Source: Eutreptiella sp. 'Long Island Sound 2002'
Taxonomy: Eukaryota > Protista > Euglenida
Assembly (NCBI GenBank): GCA_964036045.1
Contig: OZ038378.1
Span: forward strand, 176,018,001-176,082,000
Direction of reading: 5' to 3'
Length of the DNA: 64,000 nt
Shown: piece after piece, positions 34,681-45,789 of the stretch
Numbering within the stretch: the first letter of the stretch is position 1
Layout of the letters: every line of letters begins with the position of its first letter
Notes under the pieces: model-generated
Databases searched by the model: none
What the model was told of the DNA's origin: nothing
The model's input: only the letters and a program-made list of their open reading frames with translations
Position numbers and translations under genes: made by a program

Positions 34681-37334
34681 AGGCCAAGTATGGGTCGAGG
34701 GCACGTCACTCAGCACCTTGTTGACATTTTGTGTGCGCCAGCCTCCTCTGTGACCCCTTTTGCAAGCAGTCTAACACTTCCATGAAACAAGACTTCTCAG
34801 GACTGCCCTGTAAATCTGTGGCGCAGGTCCCCATCAGTGCCCCGCTCCCGTCGTTGGCTTGTTTCCTGGAGCTGGGATCTCCAAGGGACGAGGCAGGTGA
34901 CCACCATCCTTGTGGGCGTTTTTGCAGGGGGGGGGGGGTAATTCCGTCTATGAGCCGTGTTTGCAAGTTCTGACTACTGAGGAGGGAAATATCGCCCCAG
35001 GGGCAGGAGTATGTTCTACCTTTCTGAAATTGGCATGAAAAGCGCGTTCTGTTGCAATTTGAGTTGGGGTCTATCTCACCGATATGTTGAATTTCTGGCT
35101 GCCGTATGGTCCGAACCCCTGGTCTCCAGCTACGCTCTGGCCTCGGCTGTGATGGCCACATCTTGACCATGCGGTAATTGGAATACCTGCTACCTGCTGG
35201 GTGAAATTTAGGGAGTCGCCTCCCCACATAGGCCTCAAACGATGTACAAGAGGGTAGATGCGAACTCACCTTGTCAAGGGCTGGGTGGCGCTTTTCCAGG
35301 TGGTGGTCATCGGGATTTAAGAGAGCGAGGGTGATTGCAGTAGTCTTAGTGAGGTTTGGTCTTTGGTCAGTTGGTTGTCCGAGGTTGTGCTATGCAGGTG
35401 CTTTTCTTGGTAATCAAGCGGTACCAGACTCATGCATTGCACGCAGCCGTTGTCTTTATTGGCATACGCTGATGGCGTTTGAACCTGTGACCGATAAAGC
35501 TAAGTGGGTTACGGAGCAGCAAGCTGATACTCATGGTGCGGGGCTTGACCACGAATCCTCTGACCGTTGTAACAAGCATCGCATTTTATGTCGGCTCCTT
35601 GTCCTAGCGTCATTTGGCCCACCCTAACCGAGTGGACAAACTTCAAGGGCGCAAAATCACATCATTTCCTTCACATGTCGCCATGTTCCACATGTCGCAG
35701 CATGCCCACGTTGCCATACACACGTGCATTGCATGACTCTGATTTTAACTGCCTCAAGCTTGGTTTTGTTTTGATGTTGATTTTTGATCACATCGAGCTT
35801 GAGTGGTACCCCTGCATCTGCAGTAGTGAGAGTAGACTAGTGTATCTCCCTCAGGCTTTTGAGCCTTAAACACACTCACCCTGTGGGCTTGATATGATCG
35901 TTCGTTCCACTGCATGTGATGAGAGACCCTCGAGAGCACACCAAGACACCAGTTGCACAAAACAATAGAATCATCTCAGCTCCTTGGCTCCGACCTGTTA
36001 CCAGTTTCACTGCTTTCCACATGGTGCACAGCTCACTATGTGCACGTGACCATGGCAGCAATTCTCGTTGTTTGGTATTATGGTATGCATCGTGAAATTA
36101 ATCTGCTCATCTGGGCTGCCACTCAACACCTGAACACCAACCCACCCTGATGCTTTTGGTGTGATTCTAGTAGCGTAAAGGGCGTGTTTTGAGCGCAGGG
36201 CGGGCACCGAGCAAGCTGTTGGATCCTGTGTAAGTTTTGGATCTGCAGTGGAAGTTTCCCGGAGGCCCCTTCCTGCGCAATCACCCACCTTTCGCAACAA
36301 CCAGCCCCTGGGTCAAATGGCACTTTTTACGACTCTCAGCAATGCTCGCCCCGCTCTATGGGTGCGCATGGGAACTCAGATGCCGTTCATGTTTTGCGTC
36401 TGCGGCAAGTGTTGACACTTCGCCCATACACCAGCCTTGTACGCCACTTCTTTGGGCCCCCCTGGCCAGCATTTCTGCCCGAATTCTTAGTTCATCATTA
36501 TCCTGATTTCTCTGGTGCGCATGGCGCTGTTTTGGAGTGCTTAGTCTTCTGATACTCTTCCAAGTCGGTGGGAACTTCCACGCAAATGCATTCTGTGCAC
36601 ATTGCACAGGGTCCAGATCTCCCTCACATATCCCTCCCCCAGCCTGTTGGTCATCTCAATTGCCATTCAGTGGTGGCCACGTGGTGTGAGCAGTGTCCAA
36701 ATCACCCCCCGAACGCGCAGTGGTCAAACAGTCTTGTCGTGCAATTGAGAACGTTTTTTGTTCAGCGGCGGCGCTTCCTACAGACGAGTACTACGTCCTA
36801 CAGACGTGTGACTCAATGCTTCAACACCCAGTGTTTTGCATGTTTGTCCCTCAATTGCAAGGCTTAAAGGCTCCTTGAGGCCCAGGGGTCTGCACATGCT
36901 GCACCTTCTTTCTGTAGGCCATCAGGTGCCGGCATGCGCCTGCATCGGTGGGCCCCATTGGACAAGGCTTTTAAGGTTCATCCGACGCGCTATTTTGTTT
37001 TCGGTTGCAAGATCAACTCACCAGACGGAAGAGACAAGAAGCGTACAACCGTGTGCAAAAAGCCTGCCGCACACTTTTTTTGATCGTACCAATGGCAACG
37101 TTGTGTAAGTGTGTGACAGTAGTTTAGGAAAATGCGTTGCAAGACCGGAAGCTGATGTTACACAAGTCCCAATGAGGTGGTTTTCGGTGTCAAGTAACGC
37201 CCATTCCCACCCTTGTCAGTGAGGGGGCGTCGACGTGTGCGGCACAGGGCAATCTTTTTGCTATATGGGGGTGTTGCCTGAACCGTGCGCGCACCGTGCG
37301 TCCTTTTGCGTATTCTGTGTCCACCAGATCCACA

Positions 37335-37655
37335 ATGCCTGAATCTGAGCTGCCCTGGCTTGTCGCCGGACTGCCTGTGTACTACCACCGCTCCAACGGG
37401 GATAGGGTGTCGGCCACTGTCGTTGACCCTTCTCCAAGAGGTGGGCGTCGCGTCTCTATTCGGTACGAATTGGGTGGTGAAGAGGTCTTGTACGAGCATG
37501 CACCCGAGGAGCGGTTGGGGTTTGCAATTGTGACTGCTGAGAGCCCCGATTCCCCCCAACCTGTGCACCGTGAGGCGCCGATGGACGCTTTGCTGGAGCC
37601 CCAATTACCTGAAGTGGAAGCTGAAGCCCCTAGAATTGATGATCATGAGCCTTAA
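37335..37655 (+). CDS. Small single-exon protein: Tudor/SH3-like beta-barrel plus acidic Pro-rich tail
   Basis: PWLVAGLPVYYHRSNGDRVSATVVDPSPRGGRRVSIRYELGGEEVLYEHAPEERL has a Tudor/SH3-like strand pattern; pyrimidine tract and AG 7 nt before ATG. Confidence 0.5.
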   Translation: MPESELPWLVAGLPVYYHRSNGDRVSATVVDPSPRGGRRVSIRYELGGEEVLYEHAPEERLGFAIVTAESPDSPQPVHREAPMDALLEPQLPEVEAEAPRIDDHEP

Positions 37656-37739
37656 TGCTGTGGCGAATGAAATTGAAATTCCCGTAACCCAGTGTTGTCG
37701 CTTGTGTTGTCGCCTGTGCATGGTTTGTTACGGAGGTGC

Positions 37740-37935
37740 GTGCAAGGTGCAGAAATTGGGAGCCTGGAACCTGTGACAAGCATCAGATTCAAAAAAAAAA
37801 AATTCCCGGTACGCCAATAGGGGCTGCAGGGTGCAGAAAATAGGACCCCGGAACCTGTGACAAGCATCAGACTAAAAATTGAAGAATCCTGGTATGCCAG
37901 TATGGACTGCAAGGTGCAGAAATCAGGACCCTGGG
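37740..37935 (+). repeat. ~84-bp tandem repeat x2.3 (TGCAAGGTGCAGAAA...GGAACCTGTGACAAGCATCAGA)
   Basis: Units start near 37740, 37824 and 37907. Confidence 0.75.
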
Positions 37936-38164
37936 TGTGTTTCTATGGGGGCCATTCAACGGGGTACAAGTTGGGCAACCATCCCAAAAACATTGAACCG
38001 TGCGCGCACCGTGCACGCACCGTGCGCGCACCGTGCGACAACGCCCCCTATGTCAATTTATGGCCGTTCATATTCTTTACATCTAGATATTCAAAGACCA
38101 CATGATCCCTCACCATGGCTTCATCCCGAGCCACTAGTTTTACCAACGTTGGCCCCTTGAGATG

Positions 38165-38243
38165 GAAAGTGAAATCTGGAACTCGGAATGCAAGTGGGCC
38201 ACAAAGTGAAATCTGAAACTTGGAATGCAAGTGGGCCACAAAG
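38165..38243 (+). repeat. ~39-bp tandem duplication (AAAGTGAAATCTG.AACT.GGAATGCAAGTGGGCCAC)
   Basis: Read directly. Confidence 0.8.
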
Positions 38244-39057
38244 GCTATGAGGGACCCAGAGGTGGTGGTACATTCCCCAAGAACCCCAAGATGTTAGGTG
38301 GTGTGTAGCCATGGTCCTACTCTCTGCTTTGGACAACCTGAGGTGGTAGGGTTTAGAGAGCCACGGGCCCACCATATGAAAGCATGTGCGCACGGTTTGT
38401 GTTACATAGGCTACCTTGTAGTGTTATCACCTTTTGGGTGTTTTTTCTGCGTAGCTGTGTTGAACGTGGCACACCATGCACGAGCAGGGCATACACAGGG
38501 CAAACACTCCTTGAGTGTGGCATGTGGGTAGGGAAAGTAGTAGTTGTGCTGCACGCCATATTCTGTTGGTGACAAAAAGAAAGCAAGTCGGCCAAGTATT
38601 TGTTCCATGCACCATCACTAACGACTGGTGGATCTACCGAGGGTATGGTGTACGCTCATTCGGACACATGCGTGCACCGAGTAACCGTTCTCAGAAACAA
38701 GCGACAGGAAAGTGTGCACAAGCTCCGCAAAGTGGTGATATGCTGATGCATGCTCAACATGCTGCCATGTGTTCAGGTCAGAGAAAAATCGTGGGTTGGA
38801 GTAAGAACAGCAGAAAAATTTTTGGATCTCTCAACTCACTAAGTGCACCAAGGTGGCACACAAACCAAGCGTTTTGGTGTGTTAGCTTTGGCAACATGCT
38901 GTTCACCTAAGGGTCACCACGGACGGTCTTGGCACGGAAGCCTGGACACGAAACAAAATGTTTTCTGACGAAGTGGCCATCGCTGACCCCCTGTCATGGA
39001 ATATTCGCGACCAGACCGCTTATTTGCTTCTCTCCCTCTTATTCTCCAGTGGCCCCC

Positions 39058-40044
39058 ATGGATCCACAGGGACAGTCTCCGTGTCCCTCAAGCCAGGGAT
39101 CTGTCACCGCATTGATCAGAGCACGCCGTGATGCCAGCGGTACAAGTAAGCGACCGGGACCATCTTCACGGCCGCTTGCAAAGAGTCCTGATCGATCGCC
39201 CAAGGGCAGTCCCACAGACAAAGGTCGTGCGAGATCCAGTAGTCCAAAGGGCGGAGATGGCAACCGACGGGCGCGTGCAGTATACTCGTCCGAAGACGTC
39301 CGTGGCTCGCAGCAGCCCTCGGGCAAGAAGCAAATTGACAGTCCCACTGGGAGAGTAGAGGATGCATCTTGCAGTGGGCTTGCCAAGGGTCCATCTTCGA
39401 AGAACCAACATAGGACCCTCGTGGTGCCGAGCACCACGGGCACAGAGCGATTGAAGAGCCCTTCGGAGGGGCGCCGCAAAACAGTTACGGAGCGCTGCAA
39501 GGCGTCAAGTCCCTCGCATGGGGATCAGAGCCGGAGTGCTTGGAGCTGCGGGCCTAAGGGATGGCCTGGACGCACCAAGACCGAGGTCGTCGGCGAGATT
39601 GATGTCGTCATGAAGGAGCGGAGACGACGGCCCGCGAGTCCCATGGGCGCAGGGTTCGGGCGCCACAATACTGAAGTTTTCACCGGGGGGCAGAAGAGCA
39701 GCTGGGCCGTGAGTCCCGACCGCACCATCATGAGGGCCCAGAGTGAAGTCGTTACTGAGGGGCGGCGAAGGCTGGGCACCGGGCGCGCTATTGAGCCGGG
39801 GCTTTTACAACAAAGCAGCACTGTGAAACTGAATGGACCTTCGCCGATTCAAGATATCAATGCTCCGCAACATGTGGGGCCTGCAGACACACCTAAGTCC
39901 TCTGTTTCAGATAATACATCAACCAGTCCTCCGTCATGTCACCAGCCTTTTTGCAGTGCCTCGGATCATGAGGCTGACCTGGAGGATTCGAATTCCTCGG
40001 AGGATGACGAGATCAGTGATCCCGGCAGCTCTGATGAACACCAG
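39058..40044 (+). CDS. Multi-cNMP-binding-domain protein, exon 1 (S/R/P-rich disordered region)
   Basis: ctcttattctccag 8 nt before ATG; long open frame; CAG|gtttgc donor, phase 0. Donor choice is uncertain. Confidence 0.6.
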
Positions 40045-40819
40045 GTTTGCTCGCCACCCCGCCACGGAAATACAACTTCGTTGTCGGTGTCTGGATCTTT
40101 CCGAAACCAAAAGGCTCTGACCTGGCCAGTGACCTGTTGTACCCTGTGGGAACCGCCTGAGTTGTCCATAGTCTCAATTTCAGACGCACAAATTGTGGCC
40201 CCTTGAATGATGATTGTGCCCCAGCCACGGGGGTAGAATCAACGCTTGTCAGTCAAGGGACAACTGCCCCACTCTTACCTACCAAAATATCCATCCCCAC
40301 TGTCTGTGGAGAGAGAAGTGGACAATTTCCTCCCCAAAACCCGAATAAGTGTGCACACCCAGAAGTACCACGGCACTGAGCCTTTTTGAAAGTATTTCCC
40401 GCCCACACTGCATCATGTGGCAACCTTGCATGCACCCCCCAAAATGGGAACAAAGTCACACCAAAAATAGCAACATGCCCCCCCAGCCTGATTCATAAAC
40501 CGTGGGCCTCCAAGCCTGATTCATATAGATTCAGGCCTGGATGGCTTGTTTGTTGCATTGAATGGCGTGGGAAATGCACACGACAGAACACTGACCTAAG
40601 CTTGCTTTAAACCTTGCAGCTACTCCAAAACTTTCTTTGTTGGCAAACTTTTTTGGCTGTCCCCAAGCCACAAAACGCTGGGGTGTGGGGTGTGGTCCCA
40701 CAGTCACCATGACTGGGGTTCGGTCCCACAGCCACAATAAAAGCTGGAATCTACTTTTCTAATCATCCGCTGCAGCTCTGTTTGTCTACTCAGCCACAAA
40801 AGTCTGGGGTGTGGTCCTG

Positions 40820-40900
40820 CAGTTGCTACCAAAGCTGGGGCATTTTGTGCTCTGTTGTGCTGTGCTGTTGTGCTGTGCTGTGCTCCGTTCTGTGCTCTGC
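40820..40900. repeat. (TGTGC)n microsatellite
   Basis: Read directly. Confidence 0.7.
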
Positions 40901-42366
40901 TGGCTACCAGCCTTCATGGAAAACCGCCCCTCCACCCCTTTCACCTGCCTGTCAGCCTGCGCCTTGCTGTTTGTGGTTGCGCTGCCTGAGTGCTTTGGAT
41001 AAAACACGGGACTTAGACTGCATGAACTGCACAGTGTGCTGCTGTTGGGCCAGAAAATACTGACATTTGAGGAATTCCAAGAGCAAGGTTACAGGTTGTA
41101 TGTGAAGGACTAGATTGTATATGAAGCACCGCAAGATGGATAGCTTGAGACCCCACTCATGAATAGTACGTCTATCGGCACAAGTGCCATGACTTCTTTG
41201 ATATGAAAGAGGAAGCAAAACTGCACAGTGACATTAAGAAACACAAGGAAAGTGCAATCAGCAATAAAGGAGGGGGAAATCATGATGAAGGACTTCACTT
41301 TGTTCTGATAAGGGATGTTCGGCCATCCCACATCCACCCAGACCAAGGTTCTAAGGCCCTCTAACTATTTACCTACCTTTGTACATGCATTGTTCCAAGG
41401 TAACATGCAAGTAATATGCAAGGAAAGAGGGTGTTGTCTAGTGTGCAAATTCAGACGTTTTGGACCGCACCAGTGGGAGGTAAATGTGGAGTACCACACG
41501 CATAGGCCACCGGAAGTGCGCTTTGGCATACCAATCACCCCGTTATCTAAACTGGAGTGCATTGATACCTACATGAATAATTTTTGGGGTGTTGGGGAGG
41601 CCATCTTGTGCCCCCTCTCTGCTTTGGAGTTCACCGTACGGTAGAGGTTGTGCAGCCACATTGAATGTTCTCTGCTTTCGAGTCCCTGATACAGGAACAA
41701 ATATGCAGCCACCTTATTTCTCTCCAGTTCAGCGAGGGTTGTGTAGCCATACTATTACCCGCTCTAGAGTCCATGAAACAGCAGGGGTTATGTACTCGCA
41801 TTGAATTCTCCCCACTTTGGACACATGATGTAGCAAGGGTAATGCAGCCACATCATTCCTCTCAATTTTGGAGACCCTGATATAGCAGGGGTTTGGAGAG
41901 ATGAGCAAGCCCCTGAATTTGAATTTGAAGAGGAAGATGATGAAACCCATCTTTGCTAAGTTTGTGGGAAGGGGATATATGAGAAGGTTTAGCATGTGAC
42001 CTTTATCCTATGAAACATCAGAGTGTTTGGCATGTGACCCTTGTCTTTTACTGGTTGCATGCAGGACCATACCTGTGACATTGTTGTTCCCGACTAATGT
42101 TTTCTGGAAGGTTGTGTTCTTCAACACTACTGCGAGATGTCATTGTACACCAATCTGTAAGCCTTTGGGTTATCTGCCCAAAGGATTTGTAAAAAGACTG
42201 CAATACGATGTGGACAGAAATCATGGTTCGTTTGCCGACAACCTTTGGCCCATGCATTTTTTTTGCGTGGTTGGTAATTTTGATGTTGGGTCTGGTAAAC
42301 TCACCCCAATAACAGGCGCTGTGTGCATTCTGTGAGCAGATACCCCCAAACACCAACAAACAACAA

Positions 42367-42873
42367 GCATTTTGGCCACTCTGAGTGCCCCACTGCACAC
42401 CTCCACAACGGCCGTCAATTGATCCACGATTGCTGTCGGTTCACGATCGCTTTCAGTCCCCCGTCGGTTAGTCCACGTCGTCATTTGCAAACAACCAACC
42501 ACCACTCTTTCACTCTTTGAGATCGCCAAATACTTCAATGATGGGTTGCACCGCTGGTCCGACGCGTGTGCTGCCTGCCTCCCTGCCTTATTACTCTGCC
42601 TGCCCTCCCCTGCCCCATTGCCCTGCTTGGTCTCCATTGCCCTCTTCCTGTGCCCACAGCCCCTTTCCCCTGCCTGCCTGTCCATCAGCACCGGAGTGGT
42701 TGGCCTCAGCTGCAGTCGGTTACCGTCCGGCAGTGACACAGCACCTCCGCGGCATTTTGGCCACTCTGAGTGCCCCACTGCACACCTCCACAACGGCCAT
42801 CGATTGATCCACGATTGCTGTCGGTTCACGATCGCTTTCAGTCCCCCGTCGGTTAGTCCACGTCGTCATTTGC
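42367..42873 (+). repeat. 122-bp near-identical direct duplication (42367-42488 and 42752-42873, 2 mismatches)
   Basis: gcattttggccactctgag...ccacgtcgtcatttgc occurs twice, 385 bp apart. Confidence 0.9.
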
Positions 42874-42988
42874 CCGTCGGTTCCCTGCAACTGCCGTGCG
42901 TCCTTCACAAAAACGATGCACGGCACCTGAACGCCCACCATTCTCTCTGTCTAGGCTACGCCCACTCCATATCGTGACACTTACCTAG

Positions 42989-43112
42989 GTCTTTTCCCTT
43001 GGCGGTTGGAAGCCGAACTCTGATGAAGACCTTCCGCCAGATGCAGGCATAAGCGAAATCACACAAAGTTTCTCTCTCCTCGGCCTCTCCAGTTATGCGG
43101 GCTTCAAAGGAG
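42989..43112 (+). CDS. Multi-cNMP protein, exon 2 (VFSLGGWKPNSDEDLPPDAG...)
   Basis: acttacctag|GTC...GGAG|gtgcgc; phase 0 in, phase 1 out, matching exon 3. Confidence 0.6.
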
Positions 43113-43181
43113 GTGCGCCCCTTGCGGCCGCCAAGGGGCTGCGGACCCAAGGCACCAAGCACCCCGCCAGCTCCTCCGCAG

Positions 43182-44380
43182 TCAGCCCCACCTCAAGCAA
43201 GCATCGTCTGCGCGTGGGCATTCCTTCAAACGGCTCTCCACATGGCAGTCCTGAACACAGCGGTTCCGGTGATTCCTTGCATGGATTGACGAAACGCCGC
43301 AGTAGCACCTCTGCCCCGCCTCGTTCCAGTGATGACCACGGCAGTGCCTATCCCCCCACTGCTTCCTGCGGCTCCCTGGCGGCGCACCTCGGCGGTACTC
43401 AACCCCCCACTTCTTCCGGTGAACCCCAGGGGAAGCGGCGGGGCTGTGGCCCAAGTCCTTCCTGTGATCCTCAGCGCAAGCGGCGCGGCACTACTCATGC
43501 CCTCCTTTCTACCCACAGCTCTTCCTTAGACTCCCTGAAGCTTCACCTCGAGACTGGTGAGCCTCAGGTGAAGCTTAACGGTAGCTTAGACTCCCTGAAG
43601 GGGCACCTCGACTCTGATGAATCTCAGAAGAAGCGCCGCGGCAGTACTCAAGCCCCCACTTTCTCTAGTGACGCCCAGGGGAAGCGCCGAGGAAGTACCT
43701 ATGCCCACAGCCCTTCCGTTGACTCCCTGAAGATGCAACTGGGCTCTGATGAATCTCAGAAGAAGCGCCGGGGAAGTACCTATGCCCACAGCCCTTCCAT
43801 TGACTCCCTGAAGGTGCATCTCGGCTCTGATGAATCTCAGAAGAAGCGCCGGGGAAGTACCTATGCCCACAGCCCTTCCGCTGACTGCCTGAAGGTGCAT
43901 CTCGGCTCTGATGAATCTCAGAAGAAGCGCCGGGGAAGTACATATGCCCACAGCCCTTCCTGTGGTTCATTCAGGGAGGGGCAGCAGGGGATTAGTCCCA
44001 GTGAAAATGCTCCCGACATATTGGAAGATCCCTGGAGGCCCAGTGAGCGGCTGACGTGGGGCACCTCCGTTATGCTGCAAATGGGCCTACAATTTTCGGT
44101 GCGAGAGCTGCCAGAATGTGCCGCTCCCTCCAACTCCTTGCAAACAGCCCCTTGCAACAGCCGTACGGATGAGAAGATGTCAAGTGTCATTGCCCAGGAA
44201 ATTCGGCGGCATGAGGAGCTTGAAGCGCGGATTGAGGACAAGGAACGGCGGGTCCAGCTCAAAAAAGCATGGCTTGCAGAGCAGCACCAGCGTGAATCAG
44301 GGGCGCTGCGGTCTGCAATGTTGCAGACCCTGGTGTCATTGGCCAGTGTGCAGTTTTGGAAGCTCCTGGAAATCAACAGG
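43182..44380 (+). CDS. Multi-cNMP protein, exon 3: KRRGST tandem array and coiled coil
   Basis: ctccgcag|TC AGC (phase 1)...AAC AGG|gtatgc (phase 0). IAQEIRRHEELEARIEDKERRVQLKKAW is coiled-coil-like. Confidence 0.7.
43682..43960 (+). repeat. Coding 81-bp (27-aa) tandem repeat KRRGSTYAHSPSxDxLKxxLGSDESQK
   Basis: Units start at 43682, 43763, 43844 and 43925. Confidence 0.9.
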
Positions 44381-44959
44381 GTATGCCATTTGCTGTCCTC
44401 ATTGAGAAATGTTTTCTCTCAGCACCTGCAGCATGCCCCTTGGTGTGCCCTGCCTGATGATGCAAATGATTGCTTACCCTCCCCAGGGAGTGCCTGACAC
44501 GATGTGTTACATGTGGGGCTAGGCAACCCCCTCCTTTTACTCCCCCCTCCTCTTCCAGATCCCCCAACCGACACGAATAGGGAACAATGGGGGCAGCAAT
44601 TGGGAGGGACAATTTTGCCACCTGGAGAACATGCACCCACCCGCTATCCCAATTGCCATCCTCGCCTTTCTTGTTTTGGGGACCCGAGATGGTAAATATT
44701 GACACGCTTGGTACCCCTGGGCATCAGCACTTTGGGAGCCAAGTGCCCAAGCTTAGGCATGTGCTATGGCAAGGGCTGCGGCGGTGGCAAGGTGTGCTGT
44801 ACAAACTTGACATTTGTTATCAAATAATTGATTATTTGCTTGAATGTGGTGAAAAGGTGCTACATCCAAAAAGAAATTGAATACCAATATTGATTAATTT
44901 ACCAGGCGGTGTCACACAAAACTGGTGTACAAAAAATGATCAATTCCAAAAATTAATTA

Positions 44960-45123
44960 ATTGGAGATGTTGGAGATACTGTTGTTGCCACTGTGATGAA
45001 GGTGCATCACAATGGCACCTTTGATGTAAGTTATATTCTTGTTGCTCAGAGAGTTGCGAAGGTGGGTGTGCCCAAGTCGCAATACAGTGCTAATTCACAG
45101 TGCCCATGGCACATTGAATGAGA
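44960..45123 (+). pseudogene. Possible decayed Tudor-like domain fragment in the intron
   Basis: DTVVATVMKVHHNGTFDVSYILVAQRVAKVGVPKSQ resembles the Tudor A-x-I-x-KV-x-x-DGTxDVxY pattern; frameshifted upstream. Confidence 0.3.
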
Positions 45124-45789
45124 CGTTTCATGGAGATTCTGCTCATTCTTACATGCTGTTTGTATGATCCTTGTGGAATGGAAGGTTTGTTATTGAGAAT
45201 ATGCATGCCTCCCAAATGAGTGCAGACGTGATCTACAAAAGGAAGTTTTACAAAAGGAAGTTTTCAAACAGTGGTTATAAGTGAGCACAAAATTGGCACA
45301 CAAAACAAAATTAGTTGCACAATTTAATTAATTATGGCCCCCGGACAGTAAAAAAAAAAAAGCTACTGCAAAAATAGAAAAAATACCAAAATTAATTAAT
45401 TTTTTGCTTTCTGGCCTCCAACCAAAATAATCAATCAAAAATTTCAAGTTTGTACGGTACCCTGATGCATTGCAAGGATTGTGGTTACCCTAGGCCCAAG
45501 TGCGCATGAGAGTACACTGTTGGCCCTCATATTAAGGGTGCTTGTAGTCTTGTTGTACAACGCTATTGTTTCTACACCCAGTGAATGAATTGCTGCACGC
45601 CTTGAGCCGTGGTTTGCAATCAACGGAACGTCATTAGTGGCATTGGTACTTGCACTATTCGTGTGGCGCCTTTGTTGGTTTGTACATCTGCTGGACTGCC
45701 CTTCCTATTTTCATTCCTGATGAATTTTCATCTTGTTTATTATCACTACCTAGGGACACACTCTCATGTCTAAGCAAAACGGCATAAAT

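Noticed and set aside
35440-35490. SLLAYADG as an RT YADD motif
   Set aside because: Second Asp is absent, a stop follows, and no other RT motifs are in frame.
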